Shown: positions 29,102 to 39,354, counted from the stretch's first letter. The stretch is 64,000 bases of DNA from Candidatus Saccharimonadota bacterium (GCA_052034955.1 JBPOHZ010000015.1:26998-90997); one strand, 5' to 3'. The notes: generated by a model not told the origin, from the sequence alone. Numbers and translations: made by a program.

Positions 29102-29288
29102 GAACCGAACAGACGTAGCATTCTTTGACTACAAGGACTTTAAGACCTTGCAGCGTTACGTAAACGTTTACGGACAAATCGAAACTCGCAAGAAAACCGG
29201 TCTAACCGAGAGCCAGCAACGACACCTAAGTGTCGCAATTAAGCGAGCTCGCCACATGGCACTAATGCCATTCGTAGCTAACAACTAA
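29085..29288 (+). CDS. rpsR: 30S ribosomal protein S18
   Basis: FFDYKD..LQRYV...GQI..RKKTGL....QR.L..AIKRAR. Confidence 0.85.
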   Translation: MAKIFKNRTDVAFFDYKDFKTLQRYVNVYGQIETRKKTGLTESQQRHLSVAIKRARHMALMPFVANN

Positions 29289-29296
29289 GGAGTCCA

Positions 29297-29575
29297 GTGG
29301 ACGGAGTCAGAAAACAGGCCGAGGAAATCCAGAATAAGTTACACAACTATTTGGATCGTCCTGACGACCCGCAAGGTCAGGCCTTGAAACAGTCTATTCA
29401 GAAGATGATAGATAATATTCGGATGCAGAAGAATAAGTATACGATCGAAGACGGTGTAAAGGCGGTTATTCGAGTACTGGATTCAATCAAAGATTACGAA
29501 GTTATCGACTACGAAGATATCGATGATCTAAAGGATCGTTGCGAAGACATGCGTCGCGCGATTCAGAAACTATAG
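29297..29575 (+). CDS. hypothetical protein (GTG start)
   Basis: ORF after an AAGGAG Shine-Dalgarno; sits where rplI usually is, but is not L9-like. Confidence 0.35.
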   Translation: MDGVRKQAEEIQNKLHNYLDRPDDPQGQALKQSIQKMIDNIRMQKNKYTIEDGVKAVIRVLDSIKDYEVIDYEDIDDLKDRCEDMRRAIQKL

Positions 29576-29584
29576 AGGACAAAC

Positions 29585-30151
29585 ATGGGATTAAGTATTA
29601 CAGATCTAAAGAAGGGCGTAGTTTTCCAGATGGAGGGCACTCCGTATAGGGTCGTAGACTACAACCAAAAAGTTATGGGCCGTGGTGGCTCGATTGTAAA
29701 CGTCCGAATCAAGAGCCTTCTTGATGGTAGCGTTTTGGCTAAGACTTTCAAGGGCAACGAACAATTAGATTATGCAGATGTCAGCAACCAGAACGTGCAG
29801 TACCTTTATGGCGACGATAGATCATTCCACTTTATGAACGAAGATACCTACGAACAATTCGAGGTGTCAGCCGATATACTAGGAGACCAGGCGGGCTATC
29901 TTAAAGAAGGCGACAAAGCTCAGGCTCAGTTGTTTGATGATCAAGTAATCAACATCGAGCTACCAAAGAATGTACCCCTTAAAGTTGTCTACACCGAAGA
30001 CGTAGTTAAGGGTGACACAACCAGCAATGTCCAAAAAGACGCCGAATTAGAGACAGGTATCACTGTAAAAGTCCCATCTTTTATTAAGCAAGGCGATGTA
30101 ATTAGTGTCGATACTAGCACGGGAGCCTACCGTGAGCGCGTCAAAGACTAG
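29585..30151 (+). CDS. efp: elongation factor P
   Basis: KKG.....G.PY.VVD....MGRGGS is the EF-P N-terminal KOW domain; three-domain length. Confidence 0.9.
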   Translation: MGLSITDLKKGVVFQMEGTPYRVVDYNQKVMGRGGSIVNVRIKSLLDGSVLAKTFKGNEQLDYADVSNQNVQYLYGDDRSFHFMNEDTYEQFEVSADILGDQAGYLKEGDKAQAQLFDDQVINIELPKNVPLKVVYTEDVVKGDTTSNVQKDAELETGITVKVPSFIKQGDVISVDTSTGAYRERVKD

Positions 30152-30866
30152 ATTAGACCAACTAATGGTAGCCCGGGAGATGATTAATTCTCGCAGCCAG
30201 GCGGAGAGCTACATTAAGCTCGGAAAAGTTAAGGTCAATGGAAACGTAGTTACCAGAGCGGGGACTATGGTTTGGCCAGACGCCGAAATCGATTTAGGAG
30301 TTACAGAGCAATATGTATCTAGGGCAGGCCTAAAACTTGCCTCAGTAGCGGAGCGTCTAAACCTAGATTTTAAGGGCAAGACTGTACTTGATGTCGGTTC
30401 TTCCACTGGAGGATTTACAGATTATTCTCTAAAGCATGGTGCCAAGAAGGTGATAGCCGTGGAAGTTGGTACCGATCAGTTGCATCCAACTTTGCACGGT
30501 AATCCACAAATAGAATTGCACGAACAAACTGACATTAGGGATTTCAAAACCGACGACAAAATAGATATTGCCGTGGCAGATGTTTCGTTTATCAGTCTGC
30601 GTCATATACTTCCAGCTGTTTCTAGACTGGTAGCACCAGGTGGGCAAGTAGTAGCTATGGTTAAACCACAATTCGAAACTCGAGATAGCGACCTTAGGCA
30701 TAAAGGTGTTATTAAAAACGAAAAGATGCGCCGCGATATACTGAAGGACTTTGAGGATTGGGCCAAAACAGCCTTTGTTGTTCTTAACAAGATTGACTCC
30801 GATGTTGCTGGTGCCAAAGGGAATCGCGAGCGCTTCTACCTCCTTAGGGTGGTTAGCAAAAAGTAG
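30132..30866 (+). CDS. tlyA: TlyA-family rRNA 2'-O-methyltransferase (S4 plus FtsJ-like domains)
   Basis: RLDQLMVAREMINSRSQAESYI..GKVKVNG S4 domain, then the SAM site VLDVGSSTGGFTD. Probable GTG start at 30132 with a GGGAG Shine-Dalgarno. Confidence 0.75.
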   Translation: MSASKTRLDQLMVAREMINSRSQAESYIKLGKVKVNGNVVTRAGTMVWPDAEIDLGVTEQYVSRAGLKLASVAERLNLDFKGKTVLDVGSSTGGFTDYSLKHGAKKVIAVEVGTDQLHPTLHGNPQIELHEQTDIRDFKTDDKIDIAVADVSFISLRHILPAVSRLVAPGGQVVAMVKPQFETRDSDLRHKGVIKNEKMRRDILKDFEDWAKTAFVVLNKIDSDVAGAKGNRERFYLLRVVSKK

Positions 30867-30902
30867 TAGTAGGTCGGTGTCTCGACCGTGTACTATTAGT
30901 AC

Positions 30903-31556
30903 ATGTATTTTACCGACCGGGTGGAAGCCGGCAAAAGATTGGCAGATGAACTGGCACTAAAAGAAAATAAGAATTGTACATTAGTTGCCTTATCTGACGG
31001 CGCGGTTGTAATTGCCGCCCAAATTGCTGCTTCTCTGGAGTGTCCAATAGCCATGCTACTGGCCGAACCCATTCACGCACCTGGTGAGCCAGATGCAGTG
31101 GCCAGTATTAGCCAAGAGGGCACCTATAGCTTCAACAGCGCCTATTCCCAAGGTCAGCAAGACGAATTTGATATGGAGTATCACCATATCTTCGAGCAGC
31201 AGAAGCTAGAGAAGCTTTCAGAGATGCATCGTATGCTTGGCAAGAACGAGCTCATTCGTCATGACATGCTGAAGGGCCACACTGTTATTTTGGTCGCCGA
31301 TGGTCTAGGTAGTGTAGTCACTATAGACGCCGCCGTTCTATTCCTAAAATCTATCAAGGTCAAGAAGCTAATCATTGCAACGCCGTTTGCCGCCGTCAAT
31401 GTAGTAGATAGGATGCATATTTTGGCAGACGAGATAGCCTGTCTTAACGTGGTCGAGAACTTTATGGGTACCGACCACTACTACGAGAACAACCAACTGC
31501 CTCCACATACTGTTATTATAGAAACCATTCAAAATATGGTCCAAAACTGGAAATAA
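30903..31556 (+). CDS. predicted phosphoribosyltransferase-domain protein
   Basis: N-terminal F.DR.EAG..LA..L, and a PRTase type I-like VILVADGLGS motif. Confidence 0.55.
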   Translation: MYFTDRVEAGKRLADELALKENKNCTLVALSDGAVVIAAQIAASLECPIAMLLAEPIHAPGEPDAVASISQEGTYSFNSAYSQGQQDEFDMEYHHIFEQQKLEKLSEMHRMLGKNELIRHDMLKGHTVILVADGLGSVVTIDAAVLFLKSIKVKKLIIATPFAAVNVVDRMHILADEIACLNVVENFMGTDHYYENNQLPPHTVIIETIQNMVQNWK

Positions 31557-31561
31557 ATAGA

Positions 31562-32245
31562 TTATTTACGCGGAGTCTTTGACTTTTTATTGGTCTTTTT
31601 CGACGTATTACTCTTGGTATAGACCACGCCACTCAAAGCACCTATCGATAAGCCTGCACCAGTTAATAGGAAAATATTTAGACCCAGAGTAGGAGAAGTG
31701 TCGTAACGTGACAGCGTATCATAGGTATCGTGCTTTTTAGGCCAACCCCTTAATATCTGCGAATAAGGAGGGAGGGTGCAGTAATATCCCTCTAATCGAT
31801 CTTTAGGGCAGTAGCCGCAGTATGCTACTTTCTGAGTACAATAGGGATCATTTTTTGGAACTGTTCTCATATCGAGCTTAGGACTCGGTCTGAGTTCCTG
31901 AGAGGTGTAGAATATCTGACCTAGTCCAAGTAATAGGCCAACGATCAAACCTACGAACAGATACCATCTGATTCCTTTTATAATCCCAAAGCGAGAGACA
32001 GTAAACCAAGTTAGAAGTGAAGCTGCCACCGCCAAAAGAATAAGAATAGGGATATTTATAAAAGTATTAGCGTTGATTGGTGGTTTATGAAAAGAGTCAT
32101 TGAAACCCACGACTCCCTGATTGGCTAATGGCCAGCCGCGATAGAACTGCCTGTCTGTGCCGATAGTTTTGGTGTAAGGAACAAAAATCTGAATTAAAGA
32201 CAGGACTAAGCCAATAACTATCCCAATTATTATTGATTTTTTCAT
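31562..32245 (-). CDS. hypothetical membrane protein with Cys-rich segment and Lys-rich tail
   Basis: Three TM helices, YCTQKVAYCGYCPKD, and a C-terminal KKTNKKSKTPRK. Confidence 0.45.
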   Translation of the reverse strand: MKKSIIIGIVIGLVLSLIQIFVPYTKTIGTDRQFYRGWPLANQGVVGFNDSFHKPPINANTFINIPILILLAVAASLLTWFTVSRFGIIKGIRWYLFVGLIVGLLLGLGQIFYTSQELRPSPKLDMRTVPKNDPYCTQKVAYCGYCPKDRLEGYYCTLPPYSQILRGWPKKHDTYDTLSRYDTSPTLGLNIFLLTGAGLSIGALSGVVYTKSNTSKKTNKKSKTPRK

Positions 32246-32278
32246 GACTTAACAATAGCACAAGCAGTTTAGCAGGGG

Positions 32279-33391
32279 TTAGTTATTAAATCGGAACTCT
32301 ACTACGTCGTCAGGTTGCATTACGTAGCTTTTGCCTTCGGTACGCACTTTTCCGGCGGCTTTAGCGGCTTGTTCTGTACCTGCCTCTACTAAGTCGTGAT
32401 AGTCAACGATCTGGGCGGCAATAAAGCCTTTTTCAAAGTCACCGTGTATAACGCCTGCGGCCTGTGGGGCTGTGAAGCCTTTTTTTATGGTCCAGGCTCG
32501 GACTTCTTTTTTACCAGCAGTTAAGTAGCTCTGTAGACCCAGGGTAGAGTAAGCCGCTTTAATAAGTTGCTCCAATCCAACCTCTGTAAAACCATAGCTT
32601 TCTAGTAGTTCAATGGCATCTTCCTTGTCTAGCTCCCTAAGTTCGCTCTCTAGTTTGGCAGAAACGAATATACTACTTGATGGGGCAACAAGTGCCTGAA
32701 GGTCTGATATTCTTTGACTGTCTGTAAGGGTGTTCTCGTCAACGTTAAATGCGTAAATGACAGGTTTTGCAGTTATGAGCTGTAGGTCGCTGACATGCTC
32801 TAGGTCGGCATCTATTTGACCTGCTAGTTTACCGTCATTTAATCCATCCAGTAACTTCTTGTATGTTTCTAGGACTGGTTTTAGCTTGGCATCTGCTCGG
32901 ACCTCTTTTTCAAATTTCGGAATCCGCTTCTCTAGGGTTTGTATGTCGGCGAGAATCAGCTCGGTGTTTATGACATCTATATCCTTCTTTGGGTCGTGCT
33001 CTTCGTCTACATGAACAACATCATTATCTTCAAATGCTCTTACGACGTGGACTATGGCGTTGGTGCTTCTGATGTGGCTTAAGAACTGGTTGCCAAGTCC
33101 CTCGCCCTTGGAGGCTCCTGCAACTAGCCCGGCAATATCTACAAAAGTAACAGTCGCTGGAACTATTTTTTCAGTCTCGTACATTTTTCCCAGGGTCTCA
33201 AGCCGATCATCGGGGACGGGGACTATGCCTGTATTCGGCTCGATTGTCGCAAACGGATAATTAGCGGCCAGAACCTGCGCATCCGTCAGAGCGTTAAAAA
33301 GGGTTGATTTTCCGACATTGGGTAACCCCACTATGCCAATACTAAGTGAACTCATTGCTTTAATTGTAACAGAGGTGGTGTGGTAATCCAA
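32279..33391 (-). CDS. ychF: ribosome-binding ATPase YchF (Obg family)
   Basis: G1 GIVGLPNVGKSTLFNALT, with TGS and coiled-coil domains. Confidence 0.9.
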   Translation of the reverse strand: MDYHTTSVTIKAMSSLSIGIVGLPNVGKSTLFNALTDAQVLAANYPFATIEPNTGIVPVPDDRLETLGKMYETEKIVPATVTFVDIAGLVAGASKGEGLGNQFLSHIRSTNAIVHVVRAFEDNDVVHVDEEHDPKKDIDVINTELILADIQTLEKRIPKFEKEVRADAKLKPVLETYKKLLDGLNDGKLAGQIDADLEHVSDLQLITAKPVIYAFNVDENTLTDSQRISDLQALVAPSSSIFVSAKLESELRELDKEDAIELLESYGFTEVGLEQLIKAAYSTLGLQSYLTAGKKEVRAWTIKKGFTAPQAAGVIHGDFEKGFIAAQIVDYHDLVEAGTEQAAKAAGKVRTEGKSYVMQPDDVVEFRFNN

Positions 33392-33440
33392 CGGCCAGCG
33401 ATGTTGTTATTCAAGATAAGCAGAAGTATAATCACTGCAA

Positions 33441-33989
33441 ATGGATGGGCCAAAAAAAGACAAGCAACCAGTTGTACGTTCTATTGAGAGAAGCTCAATA
33501 AAGCGATTTAAGAATAGATCAAATAGGCTTCTAGGTGGCTGGGGGTCTAGAAAGATTATGATAACGGTTATTGCTAGTAGTGGTCTTTTTGGGCTTTTGT
33601 TTCTAGGTATCAATGTATACAAAGATATGCGATATCAAAACTCAATCAAAGAACAAAAGCAGATTAACGACACCTCGAAAGCAGAAACAGTAAGTAACTA
33701 CGGTAAGGATCAGGCTAAAAATAGTCAGGACCTTCAAGGGGCTCCAAGCGAAAGTTGGGACAAAGAAAAACTAGATAAAGCTTACTTCAATCTAATATAT
33801 GCCGATAAAACTGGCTCCTCTAGTGATGTCTATAACATGCTATTTTTTATTGAGGTTGCTCAGAAATCAGGCCTGGATATAGATAACAATAGCTACGGCA
33901 TCGATCAGCAGGATAGGGATCAGATTAGGCAAAGAGCGGATGAAGTCACAAAGAAACGTACAACTAAGCCAAAGACAAACAATGAGTAG
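33441..33989 (+). CDS. hypothetical membrane-anchored protein
   Basis: TM helix ITVIASSGLFGLLFLGI; an alternative start at MITVI is possible. Confidence 0.4.
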   Translation: MDGPKKDKQPVVRSIERSSIKRFKNRSNRLLGGWGSRKIMITVIASSGLFGLLFLGINVYKDMRYQNSIKEQKQINDTSKAETVSNYGKDQAKNSQDLQGAPSESWDKEKLDKAYFNLIYADKTGSSSDVYNMLFFIEVAQKSGLDIDNNSYGIDQQDRDQIRQRADEVTKKRTTKPKTNNE

Positions 33990-35976
33990 GATATCTAAGA
34001 CTCTAAAGATAGCTACAGTCATGATGATCATGGTTATCGCTAGCTCGACCGGAAAGGTAGATGCTGCTAGATCGTTGGTTACGACATCTTCGTCACCAAC
34101 TTCGTTTCGAACTCTATGTGATGGAGGCACTCCAGTCGATTTTGCCGTTAGCCCATCAAATATCAGCATGGATGCGGCGACAGGGATTATGTCATACGAC
34201 ATTAACATTAATTGGCAAAGATGTAGCGGTGGGGTGGACACTCGTGCTTATGCCGTCTATAGCCTCGGACCAGAAATTTGCCCTTATTCTGGAATATACG
34301 GTCCTCCTCCAACCGGCTGGGTAACAGACTGTGTAAAATATATTGGCTCACCTGCATATAGCGTTCCGGGTAACAGCCTGTCGTGCTGGGGTGGTTCAAA
34401 TGCATCTTGTGTAACATCATCATTCGCTGGGGCAAGAAGAACCGAGAACCAGCCCACCTCTGTAGTCAATTCAGTCTCAATACCAATGACCTGGCAAATA
34501 CCTAATTGGGCTTCGCAGCCCGACACCGGCTCCTGGTCAATCTCTCAATCCATGTGTCAGTTCTACAAAACCGGCTTTAATTTCGGCACATATAATGATA
34601 ATCGATGTGTTAATGTGTCGATCTCTGTGTCGTGGGACGGCAGTGATCCGGTGCCTGTCGAGTCACAATATACCCCGACAGCGGCCACTATTTTGAATGA
34701 TGATGAAGATCCTACGCTGGCCACTCTAAACACAAGGGCAAGTCTAGACTTTGGCCCAGGGCATTCAGCCCAAATTAGATCAGAATATTATATTGTTCGG
34801 AATGGTACTAGCTCAAAAGAATATATAGACCCTTCAAATTTTGACGCACCGGGTATTTCATCCAACCCCATAAATACGAATATCACCTCTGGATGGGGAT
34901 CGGGCAATCTGACCATATCCAATCCCGTTGCCAAGCTTTCTCTTCAAGTTGGAGATAAAGTGTGTAGTTCGGCATCAATTGATCCCAGTAAGGTTTCGAC
35001 AACCAAGGGCGTTGTTACTGTGCTGCAAGGCCAGGTCTCAAGTGACCCAAGTTGTAGGTCGTACGTTAATCGACCATTTGTCTCCTTTTATGGAACGGAT
35101 GTTAGTGTAGGTGGAAGTTTTGAGGGAGGAGGCAGTTGTAATCAGCCCTCAAGTATAAGTACTTTCACAAAATCTGGTGCGAAGGGTTCGGGAGTGCAGT
35201 TCGCAGCTTTTGCGCTGGGTTCTATTAATAATTTCAACTCGGCTCGGTTGAGAACCTCTTCTCCTGTATCTCCAGTGGGGCTATCGTTTGCGAATACGGT
35301 AACTCCAGCCGGCAGCTTTGGCGCCGAACACTGTATAACAAACTATTTCTCACTTGCTTCAGCACTTACTCCAAACACGACTAATACTAATATCAATCTA
35401 AGCACAATCGATAGCGGTAATTACTACTATAAAAATCCAAGCACAATAACCATCTCCGGTGACATACCCAACGGCCGCAGGATAACAATATTCGTTGATG
35501 GCAATGTTCGGGTAGATGGTGACATTAACTATGCATCAGATACGTGGTCAGACAGGTCCCAGATACCTTTCTTAAGAGTAGTTACCAAGGGCGATATCTT
35601 TATAGAAAGTAACGTACAAAAAATTACTGGCTTTCTTGTCGCTCAGCCACATGGAGCCACAGGCGGGAATATAACAACATGCGTCGAACCTGGAAATAAT
35701 ACGGTCTTATCTGTTGATAAGCTAGCAAACAAGTGCAACAAGAAGCTAACTATAGATGGAGCGTTTGCCGCCAAGAAGGTTAATTTGCTGAGAGCCTACA
35801 AATCATTACGGGATGCCAGTTACTCGGGCGAGTTAAATGCTAATTCCAGCGCTGCGGCAGAGGTATTTAAATTTAGCCCTATTCACTATTTGGCATTACC
35901 CGGTCAACTAATAGGTGATCTAGATGGACCGTCGTCGGACTATGATTACTTTGCTGCGTTGCCGCCCATACTTTAG
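33982..35976 (+). CDS. large secreted Cys/Ser/Thr/Asn-rich protein, paralog A
   Basis: Sec-type signal peptide (MSRISKTLKIATVMMIMVIASSTGKVDA). The C-terminal approximately 300 aa are collinear with 36999..39305, both ending LPP(I/L)L. Confidence 0.6.
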   Translation: MSRISKTLKIATVMMIMVIASSTGKVDAARSLVTTSSSPTSFRTLCDGGTPVDFAVSPSNISMDAATGIMSYDININWQRCSGGVDTRAYAVYSLGPEICPYSGIYGPPPTGWVTDCVKYIGSPAYSVPGNSLSCWGGSNASCVTSSFAGARRTENQPTSVVNSVSIPMTWQIPNWASQPDTGSWSISQSMCQFYKTGFNFGTYNDNRCVNVSISVSWDGSDPVPVESQYTPTAATILNDDEDPTLATLNTRASLDFGPGHSAQIRSEYYIVRNGTSSKEYIDPSNFDAPGISSNPINTNITSGWGSGNLTISNPVAKLSLQVGDKVCSSASIDPSKVSTTKGVVTVLQGQVSSDPSCRSYVNRPFVSFYGTDVSVGGSFEGGGSCNQPSSISTFTKSGAKGSGVQFAAFALGSINNFNSARLRTSSPVSPVGLSFANTVTPAGSFGAEHCITNYFSLASALTPNTTNTNINLSTIDSGNYYYKNPSTITISGDIPNGRRITIFVDGNVRVDGDINYASDTWSDRSQIPFLRVVTKGDIFIESNVQKITGFLVAQPHGATGGNITTCVEPGNNTVLSVDKLANKCNKKLTIDGAFAAKKVNLLRAYKSLRDASYSGELNANSSAAAEVFKFSPIHYLALPGQLIGDLDGPSSDYDYFAALPPIL

Positions 35977-36022
35977 CTTAGGTTGTCATATCTATTAAGC
36001 ATAAGTATAATCAACTATAGAA

Positions 36023-37009
36023 ATGGAAGATCAAAAAAAAGGCGAAGTTGTAGATGTTCGCGGCGGCATGCGATTCAATCGTATGAATGTTAGGCATAGG
36101 CTGTCTAGAAGATCCAGAAGAATAGTTTTGTTTTCACTGGCCATTGTCTTTGTCGGGTTGGTTGCAGCCGGTTACTTTGCCTTGTTCAAGAGCCCGGCAC
36201 TAATAGTTGGCGGCCAAAGGATCAGCCGAGATCAGTATAGCTCATTGCTCAAACAGGCTGAGCTAAGTCAAATAAATGCCGAAGGCGCTAAAGAAACGAT
36301 TATTGAGTCTATAAAGTATCAACAGGCCGCTAAGAAGTTTGATATAAAGATAAATCAAGACGATTTAAAAAGACTAGAAGAGAACTCGACTCTTCCGGCA
36401 ACTTTCAAAGACGATATTTACTACTATGGCCTGAAGAAGTCATACATACTATTACAACTAGAAATTAAGAAAAGGGATGGCTTCGAGGGTTATGTCTTCT
36501 ACTATCCGTTTAGTCGTAACTTCTTAGATTCTGACCCGAAGACTAGCAATCCTCTTTTCAAGAATAAGGATGCAATTGAGTCCGATCGGCAAAAGGCCGA
36601 GGAGCGGGCACTTGCTGATTTACAAGGAATCAAGTCTGGAAAATCAAATCCAGATGATCTGGTTAAGGAGATACTAAACGATTCAAGCTTGATATATGGG
36701 AACGCTAGTAACGGAACACAACGCTTTGCCGTAGATAACAGGGGAGTCGAACTGTCTGATGGCTATGGTGCTGGAAAAGTTGTCGCTAGCAGATTTATGG
36801 ATATTCTTCCAAAAATGAAAGAAGGATCGGTTTCGGATATCAGAAAAGACGTCCAGAAATACCTAGAAGCTCAATCTAATAAGATTGTTTCTAATAACAC
36901 GGCTTATTACTTTGTGTACAAGACAAAGAATATTATTGGCGATAAAGACATTGTAGATAAGTTTAATAAAGAAGTATCCGGCATAAAGGTAGTAGATAAT
37001 GTTAAATAA
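36023..37009 (+). CDS. membrane-anchored SurA-N/PrsA-like chaperone-type protein
   Basis: Basic N-terminus plus one TM helix, then a helical periplasmic-chaperone-like region. Architecture resembles 52727..53788 but without the parvulin signature. Confidence 0.45.
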   Translation: MEDQKKGEVVDVRGGMRFNRMNVRHRLSRRSRRIVLFSLAIVFVGLVAAGYFALFKSPALIVGGQRISRDQYSSLLKQAELSQINAEGAKETIIESIKYQQAAKKFDIKINQDDLKRLEENSTLPATFKDDIYYYGLKKSYILLQLEIKKRDGFEGYVFYYPFSRNFLDSDPKTSNPLFKNKDAIESDRQKAEERALADLQGIKSGKSNPDDLVKEILNDSSLIYGNASNGTQRFAVDNRGVELSDGYGAGKVVASRFMDILPKMKEGSVSDIRKDVQKYLEAQSNKIVSNNTAYYFVYKTKNIIGDKDIVDKFNKEVSGIKVVDNVK

Positions 37010-39305
37010 CATGACACGAACTAGAAAATTACTTGCTATTTTTAGCCTGACTCTCGGATTTCTGGGTGTCTTTAACCTAACCCATTCGCCAAAAGTATCG
37101 GCTTTAGGCTGTTACCCGGGTGCGAATGCCGCTTACTTCAACGCGACAGTGGCGGTAAGGGTTCTAAACCCAGACGGCTCCTTTAGGAAGTGGTCAAATG
37201 ATTTCAACTTTAGAGCAACCGCGGCAGATCCTAAGCCCTTCGGTAATAAATGGCATGTGCCAGAAAACGGTATTGCATGGAGTGGAAGGCCTGGCTTTCC
37301 AACCAACACAGCCGACTTTAACGCCAGGGCTGGGGGAGCGGGTACAGAGTCATGCCCGACATGGGACGGTACCAATGCAACGACATTTGTATTCGGTGAT
37401 TCTACGGATGGGAAGGCGTACTTGGCCTGTAATTGGGGTTCTTGGGGCGGTGGTGCTGGCAATGATCATGGATTAGCGTTCTTTTTCAATCCACTTAGTA
37501 TCGGCGACGCCGAAGGCTCCGGTTATTGGGTGCCGGGAAGTAATGGTTATGTAGAACCCGGTGGAAGAAGAGATGCCAACAATCAAACCGCAGTTATAAC
37601 TTTTGTTTATCAACTGACATCGGTAGAGAATGAGCCTCAGGGTAACTTAGAGCAGGCCGATTGTAATGCGATTTCCGGGTGGGCAAAGGACTTAGACGCT
37701 TGGGGCGGCAGGGTAGAAGTACACATGTACTTTGATGGCCCTCCTGGGGTGGGTAGGGGGCTGAACATAGGCCTTACCAATCTTGACAGGCCTGATGTTG
37801 GTGGGCTGAACGGATTCTCTATTTCAGCTTCCGACCCAAGGATACCGGTAGATCTGTTTGATGGAGATAATCATACCGTTAATGTTTATGCTATTAACGT
37901 CGGTGGAGGCAATAATCAGCAAGTAAATAACAGCCCAAAGACGATTACTACTTGCTCACCACCAGCGCCTTCGATAAGTACGGCCGATCCGGTGGCCAGT
38001 GCAACATTCTCTCCGGATAGCGAAGATCCTACTTCGGTAACTTTCTCGGCATCAGTAAACATGACAGGCAGGGGCTATACAGTCAGCGCTGCGCGATATT
38101 ACTACTACATTAAGTCCGGAACGCTAACAGAGATAACAATAAATCGGTCAGATCTAGTTGCGTCACCATCGAGCAACCCTATCTCACAGAATATAACGGC
38201 ATCGACTAACTTTGGTGGAATAGTAACCATGGTAAATCCAGTATCAAAACTAGGTTTGGACGTCGGGGATCGGATATGTGTTAGGACTGCGGTGGATAAG
38301 TCGCAGGTCTCCATAAACTATAGAGGTACGGAGTCCACTCTGTCAGGAAGTAAGGACACTGCTAATCAGGGCTGTGTACGACTGGACAATAAACCGTATC
38401 TTTCGGTATATGGTAGTGATGTGAAAGCCGGGGGTGATATATCGGGACCTACATGCAATTATAGTAATGGCTCTATTAGCGCTTACACCAAAGGGGGTAC
38501 AAGAGGTAGCGGAGTTCAGCTGGCCGCTTTTGCCATGGGATCTGCAGGAAATATCTCTAACTTCAACACGGCTTTCAATAGAACTAGCTACCCATTACCA
38601 CCAGCCGATTTACAAGTATCAAGATATGGAATGAACAGTGGTGCTTGTATCCATGACTATTATCAAGATAGAAATACTACACCCTGGACGGGATTAAATG
38701 CATCGACAGAAGGCAAGTACTTTGTAGACGGCAGCATCACTCTTCCGGCTATGAATATTGGCGAAGATCAACACGTCTACCTATACGTAAAAGGCAACGT
38801 CACCATTAATGGACCGATTACTATGGATACCGGTCCATGGAGTGATAAATCAAAGATGCCGTCTCTGTACATTGTGTCCAACGGAAATATATACATAGAC
38901 AATGACGTTACAAAATTAGCTGGTACCTTTGTAGCGCAGCAAACAGGCAAGAAGATATACACCTGTTCAGAGGGTTCAAATCCTTACGAACTTAGTGAGG
39001 TCGACCAGATGTTTAATAGCTGTGGTAAACAATTGGTCGTTGATGGTGCATTTATAGCCAAGCAGGTTATCTTTGGTCGGACGTTCGGCACACTCAGGAA
39101 GAGTGGCTCAGACAATCCATATGGATCAAGCTCAGACAAGAATTGTTCTAGCAGTGTAACAGGGCAGTCCACTAACACCTGTGCTGCCGAAGTATTTAGG
39201 TTCAATCCGGTTCTTTATTTGGCTGAATCGCCAATATCTACCGAGTCTATAACCGGTTCATCTTCTGACTACGAGTTTGCTAGTAGTTTACCGCCATTAC
39301 TTTAG
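36999..39305 (+). CDS. large secreted Cys/Ser/Thr/Asn-rich protein, paralog B
   Basis: Signal peptide (MTRTRKLLAIFSLTLGFLGVFNLTHSPKVSA). Shares the blocks VGD..C.....D.S.VS, GS.G.GVQ.AAFA.GS, VDGAF.AK.V and AAEVF.F.P..YLA with paralog A. Confidence 0.6.
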   Translation: MLNNMTRTRKLLAIFSLTLGFLGVFNLTHSPKVSALGCYPGANAAYFNATVAVRVLNPDGSFRKWSNDFNFRATAADPKPFGNKWHVPENGIAWSGRPGFPTNTADFNARAGGAGTESCPTWDGTNATTFVFGDSTDGKAYLACNWGSWGGGAGNDHGLAFFFNPLSIGDAEGSGYWVPGSNGYVEPGGRRDANNQTAVITFVYQLTSVENEPQGNLEQADCNAISGWAKDLDAWGGRVEVHMYFDGPPGVGRGLNIGLTNLDRPDVGGLNGFSISASDPRIPVDLFDGDNHTVNVYAINVGGGNNQQVNNSPKTITTCSPPAPSISTADPVASATFSPDSEDPTSVTFSASVNMTGRGYTVSAARYYYYIKSGTLTEITINRSDLVASPSSNPISQNITASTNFGGIVTMVNPVSKLGLDVGDRICVRTAVDKSQVSINYRGTESTLSGSKDTANQGCVRLDNKPYLSVYGSDVKAGGDISGPTCNYSNGSISAYTKGGTRGSGVQLAAFAMGSAGNISNFNTAFNRTSYPLPPADLQVSRYGMNSGACIHDYYQDRNTTPWTGLNASTEGKYFVDGSITLPAMNIGEDQHVYLYVKGNVTINGPITMDTGPWSDKSKMPSLYIVSNGNIYIDNDVTKLAGTFVAQQTGKKIYTCSEGSNPYELSEVDQMFNSCGKQLVVDGAFIAKQVIFGRTFGTLRKSGSDNPYGSSSDKNCSSSVTGQSTNTCAAEVFRFNPVLYLAESPISTESITGSSSDYEFASSLPPLL

Positions 39306-39313
39306 GATATAAG

Positions 39314-39345
39314 CTTGCACAATTAGAAGTTGCTTATGCTATAAT
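39314..39345 (+). promoter_or_regulatory. promoter of the pilus operon (extended -10 TGCTATAAT)
   Basis: TTGCAC ... TGCTATAAT, then an AAGGAA Shine-Dalgarno before the pilM ATG at 39355. Confidence 0.45.
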
Positions 39346-39354
39346 TTAAGGAAT

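Noticed and set aside
30105-30131. Annotated tlyA start at 30105, overlapping efp by 46 nt
   Set aside because: A GTG at 30132 with a GGGAG Shine-Dalgarno gives the conserved TlyA S4-domain N-terminus and a shorter overlap.
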